A program made the translations under genes and the position numbers. From contig NW_026928448.1 of assembly GCF_032062105.1 (NCBI RefSeq), positions 124,001-188,000 of the forward strand: DNA of 64,000 nt. The letters are read 5' to 3'. How positions within the stretch are numbered: position 1 is the first letter of the stretch; each line of letters starts with the position of its first letter. This document shows, piece after piece, positions 49,201 to 61,282 of this stretch. Source of the DNA: Saccostrea cucullata. Taxonomy: Eukaryota. The notes below the pieces were generated by a model. The model made no database searches. It had not been told where the DNA came from and saw only the letters and a list, made by a program, of their open reading frames with translations.

Positions 49201-52200
49201 TTGATAACGCATGATGCCAGATTGACTTGGACACCATCAGAAATCAGAAACCACGGACTACTCAACATGTATCCGAGTTAAAATATCTGTAGAAAAAAAT
49301 ACATATATGATTCAATCATTAATTACACTTATTCATTGATTGATTTTAAGAGAGTATTTGTGATTTTTTTTGTGATCGGAGTCAAGTTCATCTCATAATC
49401 AAGTATTACACCGAAGGGTATAAAAATACCGTATATAAATTCAAAAGAAAAAAGAACTGTATTGCTGACTTGACTAATAATAATTATATGTCAATATAAA
49501 TCAAATTCAATAATTACCTGGACGCTTGGAATAAGATAAAATGTGAACAATGAAGCGGGAAGTTAACTTTGTAAACGTAACTTATTTTCTTTTAAAAGGT
49601 AAATTTTCCCATTATCAGTTCTACACTTGATTTGTTTTAAAGATTTAACAAGAGTGTTTCACGTAAATGACAAAAAATATACAGATAAAATTCGAATAGG
49701 AAGAGCTACGTGTGCTTTTAAATCGACAAATGATGCAGATGTAGATGTTTTCGAACGCATTATCTAGGACCCTTACTATAAATGCTTTCATTAAAACATT
49801 TATTGATATGATATGTTTTTATTAAATACGATCCAGTATAGAGTCGCGATCGAGCATACATATTAAACTTTGATTAAGTGTGTTTTAATTATATCAAGGA
49901 AATAATTTATGAACTCGGTTCATTGAGGAAGGTGCTCAATGAAGCAGAGTAGGCAGTTTAAAGCGAGAAACCATTTCTTGGAAGACAAGCTTTAACATTA
50001 ATGGGTTTGATTTTCAGGAAAACAAATCTGGAGGGTGGGGATGGGTTGATTTTTCCTCTAACGGGCTTGACTTCCTCTCTACATGTACATGTAATGCAAA
50101 AATGATTAAATCACCTTTAAGTAGCAGAGGTTTCAAACTTCCCTTTTTGATTCAAGATTTATCATAAGTTGAAGATGGCAGGTTTTCGTAGATGGATCTT
50201 ACCAATGATAAAAATGATCTATATTGATATTACAAACTTTTATAATAGTTAATTTTTTACCACTTATAAAATAGATGATAGACATGGTTAAATAATAGAT
50301 TTGAAATTTTTTAAAATAAAGCAATATATTTTTTATTTCACCGTTAAACTTTGGCCCCTTACTGGCTTGTTTTGTTCAATACTGCGCATTTTTAAATTTT
50401 CTTCTTGCTGTAGGACCCGACTGTTCTGAGGTTAAAATGTATATAATGAAGACAAAACATATCCAATTACGAAACATGATCTTAACCACATGCGTTATGT
50501 TAGGTCGAATTTACATCCTGAATCAATGCACTATTTGGCTTTCTTTCAGAAAATAAAATTCACGTGAGAGTTAATTAATTGCAACTCACATGATGTCTTT
50601 ATATCTAAATGTGATCAATCATTCAAATCTTGTAATGTTTTCTTGGCAGAAACGGACGAATAGTCTTTTAAGTTTCGTGTGAAAAGGACTACAAACAAAT
50701 TATAAGACAAATTTAAAAGATTAATTACTCGCTTACGCACCAGGATCTAGACTTCACCTGATAACATTTATTCGTTGTCCTAATTTTAAAAAAAAATAAA
50801 ATGGATATTGTTTTTTTACCAGTTGAGTTTTTGGTGTCTGAAAAATAATATAAAATTATGTCTTTTCTTTTCCTATGCATTGATAAAATATTATTCGTCA
50901 GTAGATTTTGTTTCTTAAAATTATCAGGCAAAAATATCATATTTTGATGTCTTAAAAGTACATAAAAATATGTGTGATATTAAGATAGAACATTTCTGTA
51001 TATTATAATTGCTATGTGAAATAAGGAGGACTTTCTTTTTTAATATGATTGATAACAGGATCAGATCAGAATGCTACAACCGAATGCTTTAAAATATGCA
51101 CATAAAATCCTACATTGCATCCACGCAAACACTTTATTTACAATGTTCACATCAAAGTCATCGAATGTATTTTTTTCAAAAGCAGAAAACAACTTTATCT
51201 AACTCTTGAGGAAGTATACTGATCTACTACTCGGAAAGTAAATGGACAAAATTGCTTCCTGAGAGAGATAAAAAGGACGCTTAAATGATGGAAAGGATTA
51301 CAATGAAAAATCATTAACAATTTTAAAATGATAAGGAAGAGATGGATACATAGCCTAAATTTCAGCGTTAATATTCATCTGCATGTTTTGGTTTTTCGGG
51401 AAGTAAAGCTAATCAAAGATCAAATACGCGAATATAAATGTTTTTTTTTTAATTATTTGATATAGTTGAAAAAACATAAGGAAAATATGTGTATTTATCA
51501 TCAGAGTTCTGCAATAATTTAAGAACTCTGTGCTCAATTTAAATACACTTTTATCTTTAAATAAAATTTTTTTATAAATATTTTCCACATAAACATGGTT
51601 TCCGAGAAAATGTAAGCCAGAAATAAAGAACTATTTTTTGGAAACACCTGTGTCAACAAATTAACATCTCATTATTACTCCAAATAAATATCATAATTAA
51701 TAGATATATATGTAACTGTTATATATACATATATGAGAAAAAAAATGTCAAGTTGAATTGAATATGTACACACCAATAAATGATCATGTAATGTACAGAT
51801 GTAGCCTGTGAAAAGAAGGAAGATGAATTATAATAATGAAGAAGGTGGAAAGATCACAATATTCACCCAAACGCATTTCCTGTATAACTTTCTTTGGATG
51901 AACGGATATAAATATCTCTACTTTCCTCATTAGTACACGAAATACACCCAATAAGGAAACCTCAAGGGAAAAAAAAATATCGAATCTCACGTTCTGTGCT
52001 TGGCTACACTCATTGTTAACTTTGATTTTCGAAAATCAATTCGAGTTTAAGCCTAACAAGTTGTATGTACAAAATTATGACAGTGCATATTAATCTATTT
52101 AGCAATGTTTATACACTGCGATACTGCATTTTCAGGTCAAGAGCACATATATAAAAGTCTATTGGAGAGATATCAATTATAGTTTTTTATGATCATGTTC

Positions 52201-52235
52201 GATGTTCTCCGGCATGTTAGAATCAAGACCAATTA

Positions 52236-55200
52236 TCAGTAAAATTTCCCGGAAGTGACAAAGCCTCGTTCTCGAGAAGACTTAGTCGACTTGCAGTCTG
52301 TAAAATAGAAAGTTGTTTGAGAAAAACAAGAGCTAAGTAGAAACAAATGTATTTATTCTGTAAGAATGGTTGAACAATAAGGTAGAAAAGATTTAAATAG
52401 CTTAATATATAACAGACATTTTTCACGACAATTTTTTTTAAAATAATTATGTTACTATGGTCAAATAATATCTTACGTTAAATGATCTATCGAAGAAGAA
52501 AGCATTTTAATTTACATATATCTAAAGATCACCCGACTTTCCATTGTTATCAGCCGAATGTTTCTTCTTTAGTTTACTTACGCGACTTCTAAAGCTATCC
52601 CCCGACTCAGTACTGGCACTTCTTTGTAAGCTACTTCTGGAGCCATTATTGCCACTTCTTAAGCTACTCTCGGACATTTTTTTCAAGCTACCCCCCGACC
52701 CACTGCTCCTCAAACTGCCTCCAGACAAGCTATCAGCACCCCTCCTCATACTGCCCCCAGATCCACTGTCAGTGCTACCGTGGACGCCACTGTCTGTAGG
52801 TAAGGAAATGAAATACTGCTGTTTTAAATTTATTTCAGATTAATGTTTTCTTGATATATATATATTTTAAAATCAATACCTCTTTCAGGACATTTAGGTG
52901 GTAGGGACGGTGCCTGGATTTCTCTTTGAAACTGTAAGAATGTATTTAATCATTACGTTAGTTATTCTTTTTTATCTACTGACTTAACTATATTTCTTTC
53001 TTTTTAAAATCTGCTTTTACAAAAATGATTTGATTTGAATTAATAGAATGATAGAATGTTTAAACATGCTTACTTCAAGTCGTTTCACTGTGCATGTATT
53101 TTCTGTTTGAAAAAAAGGAACACCTTTTAAGAATATTTATGTAAAAAAAAAATTGCATGAGCTTTCACACAGGAAAAGTGTGCACGTGTACTTAAAGTCA
53201 GCAAGGATCTCCGAATCATACACAAGATTGAAAAAAAATATTTCACTTGTCTCAGGTTAAGTACGTAGATACCACGATACATCTATTTAGTTTAGTGTAA
53301 GAAAACAGCGTTCAGTAAGAGAAGGAAGTAAATAAATTGTGACCAGTCAAGAAGAAATTTGATAGGTTTTCTGATTTACGCTGAATCACTTAATAAATAC
53401 CGTAATTACAGATATATTGTATTACTGGCCAGCCAACTCGTGTATGCACTGAATTTATATCAGAATCATGATCAGTTAATGTCATTTTATCTTTTTAAGT
53501 GACTTAAAAAACCACGCATGTTGGGAAGTTTAAATCTTGACAGATAAAATAACATTAAAATTGATCAGAATTTTGAAATAAATACCTTCTTCTTCCATGG
53601 GAAAGGTCAGATAGTCCGAGTCTGTTTCTTCTAATGCAATATCTGAAAATATTTATAAATGATTATATTGAATATGATCACACATATTTGTCCAAACTCT
53701 GGGAGAAACATAACCCGTACATTTTGTTTTACTTGAGCCAATAAGCAGACATTATAACGCTGGTTGTAATAATTGTTTAAATTTAATTGTTGGTAATACG
53801 TTTCCTTTACTATGAATAGGACATCGCATGAATAATACAAATGCGAAAAGATTTTTATTTTTAAAAATCAAAACAGTAATATAAACAGCAGCATATGGAA
53901 TTTGGATTTAATATTTAGCCATTGAATAAATTTAATATAGCCTAGTATAGGGCTAACAGTGTTAATCTTTAAAAATACAGCTCATAAAAAAACCCTGGAG
54001 TTAAAAATTCATATTGAACAGTTATTTTCTCCAAACTTCTAGCTCCTTTATAAAGGAATCCAAACATAGCAAGTAAGTTCAATGCCATGATATTCAGCTT
54101 ATTTAACAGGAATTAGCTTTAGGGTACTAATCTCTTTTCCGCAATGCCTCTCATACAACTTAATTAAAAATTAAATGAAAATTTCACAGAAGTGACAGAA
54201 TCTTTGTCACACAGTGCCATTGGCCCATTATGCACATTTTATGTTTACTTTTTGATCCGACACAATTTTTCCTTTGGTTTCCAACGGAAAACCATTTACA
54301 CTGCCATTCTTTCTATACTATTGAGGGTAACCCACCTTTTATCCGCAACTCCTCTTTTACCAATAATAAAATTCACATACTGAGTATCTTTATTGCATAG
54401 TACCATTATGCATCTCCTATTTTACTTTTTGATATGGCACTTATTTTGAATATACCAGAGAAAAATACAGACTTTGCCATTATAATCAATAGAAGGCAGG
54501 GATCACAATACCTCTAGATTTAACTTTGTTGTTTTTTCAAACATTTATGCTTGAAGCTTTCCTAACTGATTCCTGTAACTGAGAAATAAGCTTAAAATGT
54601 GCTCCTATAAAAACCTTTAAAAAGGGCACAAACTTGAAAGGGATTTCTGTTTAACCCTTCTCACTGGCTTACCTTCCTTATGAGAGGGTTTCTAGGTATA
54701 CAACTTTTATTATAAGTACATTATGTGGAGTGTTTTACCCTTCGATGGTTTGGAGGCTTGCATTAGCTATGATTAAGGAAATTATAATAAGATACTCTGT
54801 GAAGGTCAGTGAGACTTATATCGTGTATATAAAGCAGATAACCAAGGTGATTTTTTTTTCAAATCAAGAAAAATCCCCTTTTTCATTGATATAAATATAA
54901 ATATTTATAAATATTTGATCCCACTTCGTACAGTTTACATATATACATATAAGTGACAAAAGCGTAAATATTGATGGAATATTATATCATCAAGTTTGAT
55001 AAGAAAAATGGTATATGTACAATATATGTTTGATTAAGGTATGTGCAACATAATGGTGATACAATTCATTGTCAAATTGTAATGTATTCAAACAATGCAC
55101 AACAGCAGTGATTTACCAAGTAAATCAATTTTATTTTTTTTACAGGTGAAGGTATTATACATGTAGATAGAATACTTGAGTGAAGCAAAGTACATAAAAT

Positions 55201-58200
55201 TTGACTCAAAAGTTATTTGTCAGAAATTATCTGTTATTCAAATGTGTTCTTGATATGTGTGATTGTAAACAAATGTTTTATACCTTGAAAGAATAGGACT
55301 ATAGCAACAGACAATGAATAACTACGTGAAGAGAATTCTGCGATTCTCAGAAATATTCTGCTAAAATCATAGACCTTTCCTTCAAAGCAGATCATGTTGG
55401 GTTTGCAAAGACGTTTTTTTATGAAAGCTTAAATATTCATTAAAACTTATCAAAAACTTTCATATAATGAAATGTAAGTTTAAATCAAAATTTGTGTTAT
55501 TAAAGTAACAATGGTGTTTACACCCACAAAAGAGCAAAATGATCAAAATCTACTCACTTATTTCTTCATAATCAGACACACACTCTGTATTCTGTAAATA
55601 CATTAAATAAAATAAGAAGTTAACACAGATAGAGAAAATATGATTCTCTTAAACATAGACCTAAAGCGCTTTAGGACTGTGTCTAAAACGTACATGTTTC
55701 TTGTTTTTCTGCTTTTTAATTTTACCAACCTGAATTTGCTCTGAAAGAGAACAATGACCTGCAAGTAGAGCAATCTCACTTGGAGTTCTGTCATCTTTGT
55801 TTTTTATCAACCTAGCGGCCTTATAACCAGGATATTTCATCAACGTCTCGCAGAACCGATGTAAACCGTATTTGGCACCAAAATGGAGGATAGTGGGAAG
55901 TTCGGAATCTGATGCATCGGCTGATATAACAACAATGAAATTTTAAAATTTAAAATCATTCGTTTTTAAAATTGCAAATGCCTTCTAATTTTACATTTTT
56001 GAAAATTTAAACTTTTTTTCATTATTTCATGTTCTTAATTGCTTTTTCACTTCCTATACATTTTTTGCATATATGTATACCCACCAAATATTTTCGAATT
56101 TTCCTCTTGATTCAAGTTTTCTAGACCGGTAAGTGGAATAGTATGAGTTTTGAAGTTGGAGAATTTCTCACTTAAAATCAGATCTAAAGCTTCGGGGTTT
56201 TCAGTTTTCATTGCTTTACAGATAAAATCGATGGGGTTTATGACGTCATCTAAGAGATCTGAGAGTAGCTGCATTTTAGGCCGAATTGTAAATGACGTTT
56301 TTCCCAAAGATGAGTCGTCAACCAGAACCTCCACTAAAACTTCTCCCTCCGGCATTCCTTAAATTAGAGTAAGAAAATTTTCTTGATCCTACATATGTAG
56401 TGTAATATAACAGTTTAGCATTCATCTATGAATTTTCGATAGATCCAGGGCGTATATTGTTTTTGTCCTGTCTGTCTGTCTGTTTGTTTGTTTGTCCGTT
56501 TGTTTGTTTGTCTCGAACTTTAACCTTCACCATAACTGTTAAAATGCCCTTATTAAGTCTTTTGTTTATAGTGCCACATTATATATGATATACTTTTGTC
56601 ATATTTAGTTTGCATATTTCACTAATCAGGTTCTTTCAAATGATACCAAGGTCAATGACCTTGACTGTGACCTATATGCTAAAAATAGCTTTTCTGAACC
56701 CTCACTATAACTTTTGAACCATGAGAGATTGAGATTTCATATTTAGTACGCATACACCAATCAATCAAGCTCTTTCGAATGACACCAAGGTCAATGACCT
56801 TGTGACCTTGACTGTGACCTTAATGCTAAAAATAGCTTTTCCGAACTTTGTTGCCGCCGGGCGCATAGTGTTTCACAAACACTTCTTGTTTCTACAGTAC
56901 TTTTAAAATAGTCTTTTGTTTATAGTGCCACATTATATATAATATAGTGTCGTTCAAAAGGATTATTTTAAATACTGAAAATACGCTTTTTCTAGAGGCT
57001 TCATTATTCTGCTAGATAAAAATTTAATGCTACTTAAAATCAAAGGTATAAATAATAGATTGCTAATTTAAAATAATTATGGATGTTATAACGCTGTGAC
57101 AAATATCTGCAAAAATATTGTGACTGTTTACATGACGTTTAATTTAATCTTACGCGGAAAAGATGCATTTACAGTATGGCATAGTTTATTGATAATATTA
57201 AGGAAATATCAAATTAAAATCTTGACATCCCAAAAAATGATGTTATAATCGTAAAAAGTGTACCCTTATAATTTAATTTTTCTTTAAGATCTAATGATGA
57301 GGGTGCAAAAATAAATGGGAGAAGGTTACTTTACAGTAACTGTACAGTTTTAAATAATCTGAAAGAGTTACTAGAGTGCCATATTACCTTCTGGGTTGAA
57401 TTTGTAAGCGGTTTCATTTAGTTTTAAACATTGCACTGTATTAGAAAGACCACATTGGTGTCTCAGACGGACGCTCATATTCTTGCCGTTCATTGTTTTC
57501 TTAAAGGTGATAATGACATCGTCTTTGGCCTGTAAGATTTTTTAAAAAAAATTAAAAATCAATATATTTATCAAGCACTGTATTTTTTACATGTCAAATA
57601 ATCTAAGGCTTAAATATTGATACCGTCCGGGAAATAAAAACATAGAGTTGCTGGTGATGATAAATAAAAATTTCTTCAGACAAATCAAAAATACAATGTA
57701 AAAGTAATACTCTCCTACCGTCCAAATCTCTTTCGGTGTCAGTTTGAAATTAACCAGAGTAGGAACTTGAAATGCTTTGAAATTCGTATCTATCAAAGCA
57801 AAAATCTGAAAACATGTCATTTTGAACTCCTCGTCGTTTTTCCCTGTACTAAGGCATTTCCAGCTAAGACTGTCCGGGCACTGATACTCCAAGACTCGTC
57901 TTGTGTTGCTATTTTTAACATCGATGACGTCATGATGTATTAAAGCTTGATTAACAGATCCTGATGCTATTTTCTTCAGAAAATGCTTAGGGCGAATTTC
58001 AAGTTCTTCTAACATTTCAGGTGTTAAAACAAGAATAAACACCTTGCTTTCTTCGGGGGGTCGTCTAATGCAGATATTGTGCTTACGAACTGTATATTTA
58101 AATTTATCCAAAGATGCGAGGATAAAATCACATATACTTTCGCCGTCATCGGCAAAGTAGAGAACAATACTATTATCATCTGAAAAAAGAGAATAAAAAG

Positions 58201-58326
58201 ATTAATGAACGTTCAAAACATATAAATTTCATTAAGCATGTTTAATTACATTAAGCTACTAAGTTCTCTCTCTCTCTCAGATTTTTTTTAATTAGAAACA
58301 AACGTCAACTTACTTTTGTTGTTCAT
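52236..58326 (-). CDS. BCAP/BANK1/Dof-family adaptor, gene B, ~520 aa, 11 coding exons
   Basis: Exons 58326-58314, 58179-57719, 57529-57388, 56357-56085, 55920-55730, 55591-55558, 53630-53586, 53102-53074, 52931-52880, 52793-52533 and 52297-52236, all in phase. SIVLYFADDGES..FILVLTPEML (TIR-like), PEGEVLVEV..NPIDFICKAM (DBB), LPTILHFGAKYGL..KNKDDRTPSEIA (ankyrin). The last exon is less certain; an alternative stop lies at 52522. Confidence 0.8.
56445..56891 (+). mobile_element. HINE/Helentron-derived element in an intron of gene B
   Basis: CAGGGCGTATATTG, CTGT/TTGT microsatellite, two TGACCTTGACTGTGACCT monomers, and a 3' end GCCGCCGGGCGCATAGTGTTTCACAAACACTTCTTGTT. Confidence 0.8.
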
Positions 58327-58729
58327 CCTGTTACATGTATTTAAATTTGAATGCTGTACAGCTGGAGTTGTTTTAACATTAGATAAGTGAGCGGTTTATC
58401 TGATAGAATATTTGCTATGATTGCAGTAGACAATAGTGAGCAAAAAGATTAACACATGCACCACGTGGTTTTATTGTGATGTTTGATTTTTTTTTTAATT
58501 CATATTACATTGATCGAGAAACAAAAAATGTGAAAAATCTTTTTTTAAAAGCTTTTGTTTTCTCGAGCTCATTTTTTATACTTGATCAAGACCTACAAAC
58601 CATCAGAAAAATGCTATATAAACATTTGATAATTTCGCAAATGTAGCGAAAAACTTTTTTTTTCGGCTGTTTCTCTTCTCGTTGTCGTTGCGTTTTGTTT
58701 TTATATTATATATTTCATAGGAGAAGATG

Positions 58730-59045
58730 CGGAAAAGAGATAGATACCCTTTAATATTATAGAAAGAATGACAGTGCCAATGTTTTGCTACGGGAAACCG
58801 ATATATAATATACATGTCGGATCAAAACAGTAAAATAGGAGGTCACAATGGCACTATGTTACAGAGATTCAGTGTAAGTCTCATTTCATTTTTCATTCAA
58901 TGGTATACGTATATGAAAGGAGTTGTGGATAAGAGATGGGTACCCCAAAACGCAACAGACGGACGGACGTACAGGAGGACTGACATCGCGATCACTACTT
59001 TGTACATGTATATACCCACCTCCACTTTTCAAGCGGCGGGAGACA
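58730..59045 (-). mobile_element. HINE-type element (GTCC microsatellite), inverted relative to 59845-60125
   Basis: GATAAGAGATGGGTACCCCAAAACGCAACAGACGGACGGAC is the reverse complement of the element at 59870-59920. Confidence 0.6.
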
Positions 59046-59279
59046 TATTCAAAGCATAATTTTTTTTCCAACCCCCCATTCTAAATTATAGAGAAAATAG
59101 TTTTAACCAATGCATTGCTTATAAAACAGTATTTCCAATTTATTAACAAAACAGACACGATGATTTTAGAATAACGACACATGGACCTCGGAGGATACTG
59201 CTAGGTAAGTACTAATTTTCTTGCCCTTTTTCCTTTCTGTGACTTTCATTATTTATTCATTTTACATGAATATTTGTAT

Positions 59280-59289
59280 GGGAAATTCC
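59280..59289. promoter_or_regulatory. Consensus NF-kB site upstream of gene B
   Basis: GGGAAATTCC, an exact match to GGGRNWYYCC. Confidence 0.35.
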
Positions 59290-59844
59290 TAGGACTATTA
59301 AGAAATTTTGGAAGTAAATTTATATACTAGGAAAATTTATTAATAGATTGTTATTTCCTTAAAAAAATTGTTTGTTTGTGCTTTACGTACCTTGTAAGTT
59401 TATTTCATTCTTAAGATATATCAAATTCCTGGAAATCATATATACTAACCTTTTCAGTTTACAATTAGGGAAATTCAAAATATAATAAATTTTTTTGGAG
59501 GGGGGTGGGGGTACGAATTCTTTCCAGTAAAATGTCTTTAATTAACTCTTCCTTTTCTTATTTATCTGTTTTTGTTTTACCGGCTATTGTTTTATTACCT
59601 TTAAAAGAAATTCCATTATAGGTAAATCATATTACTTCATATTACTTCTAATAATAAAAAACTTCAGCGAAAAATAAGAATAATTTGTTAAGTTCTTCCT
59701 TTTTTATTATCTTTGACATTTTTATGCAGCTCATCAATACAATTGAATAAGAAAAACAGAGAAATACATGTACATATATAACACGAGAATGCTAAAATAA
59801 TGCACACAAGTCATGTACTTCATCAATGAATAATAATTGAATTC

Positions 59845-60125
59845 AAGCGGGAGGGTATATAGTAATCGGTATGTCCGTCCGTCCGACTGTTACGCTTTGG
59901 GGTACCCCATCTCTTATCCCCAATTCCACTCATACCACTCAATGAAATTTGATTAAACTTTCACAGAATCTTTATTACATATTACTATTGTGCACCTTTT
60001 ATTTTACTTTTTGTTCCGACACATATTTTGGATTTTCCATAGCAAAACATGGACACTGCCCTTATATTCATTTGGGAGACGGGGTATCATTTAGTGAGCT
60101 CATTGCTCACAGTACCTATAGTTTT
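59845..60125 (+). mobile_element. HINE-type element
   Basis: GCGGGAGGGTATATAG, GTCC repeats, and a 3' end GGGGTATCATTTAGTGAGCTCATTGCTCACAGTACCTATAGTT with a terminal hairpin. Confidence 0.65.
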
Positions 60126-61282
60126 ATTTCGGCTGCTTCACTATTTTTTCATTCAACATGAATATTTATATGGACAATTCCTAGAATTTGTAAGAAAGTT
60201 TGGAAGTAAATTATATAGAGGAAAGTTTATAAATAGAATTTAATTTCTGATTTTCTATATTTAAAATTGTTTGTTTTCACTTTACTTTCTTGCAAGTTTT
60301 TTTCACTCTTAAAATACATGGATTTCTTGGAAATTATATATAACATTTTCCGTTTAAAATTAGGGAAGTTCAACATATAATAATACTTTTTTGTTTAGGA
60401 ATTCTTTCCAGTTAAGTGTCCTAAATTGACTCTTCCTTTTCTTATTTATCTGTTTTTGTTTTACGGGCTATTCTTTTTATTACCTTTGAAAGAAATTCCA
60501 TTTTTGTTAAAGAATATTACTTTTACGAAAAATAAAAATAATTTGTTCTGTTCCTCCCTTTTTTTATTATCATTGACATTTTTATGCAGCTCTTCAGTAC
60601 AATTGAATAAGAAAAACAGAGAAATACGTGTACATACATAACAAGAGAAAGCTAATTTAAATAAAAACAATATAAAACATATACTACATCAATAAATAAT
60701 ATTTGAATCCATGTAGGTGTTAAATCAATATAGTCCACAGAACACAGTCTCTAAGATAATTCAGATCTCATTAATTATATTTTTTGTGCTATTGTTAAAA
60801 ATAATTCTAAATTATTTTTTATATTTTCTGATCTTGCAAACATGCATAATTTATTAATAAATGAGCATAATAGCTCTTCTTTTTTAATAGTTTGACAATA
60901 TTTTATGTAATGCAAAAAATTATCGATATTATTTATATTATTGTGTCAACATTTGTAAATATTCTTGCAAGCTGTTAACAATTGATTATTTTTCTTAATT
61001 TTCAACAAATATAACTGATAAATTCGCAAAAAAAAACAATTCTAAAATATAATAACTACATGTAAATCAGATATTCATTGTTTTTGGAATACAAGTTAAC
61101 CCATTGATTTTCGAGAGGTTGGTCTTCAAGTCAACATTTATGCATGCATAAAATATATGTGTAAAATAGTTTATTTAATGACATATGTAACATATATTAA
61201 TAAGTGTATCCGTCTGAAAATAGACGAGTATATACAGTATAAATCTGGAACATCAAATCATATTAATACAGTTTTAACATAT

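Larger units (their letters stand above)
59250..60710. repeat. ~570-bp direct duplication (59250-59850 and 60140-60710) between genes B and C
   Basis: Colinear alignment by eye, for example ACATGAATATTT..GGAAGTAAATT and GACATTTTTATGCAGCTC..CAATTGAATAAGAAAAACAGAGAAATAC in both copies. Confidence 0.85.

Noticed and set aside
54672-54692. Possible extra micro-exon of gene B (AG..AAG|GTAAGC)
   Set aside because: It is 19 nt long and would break the frame between otherwise phase-compatible exons.
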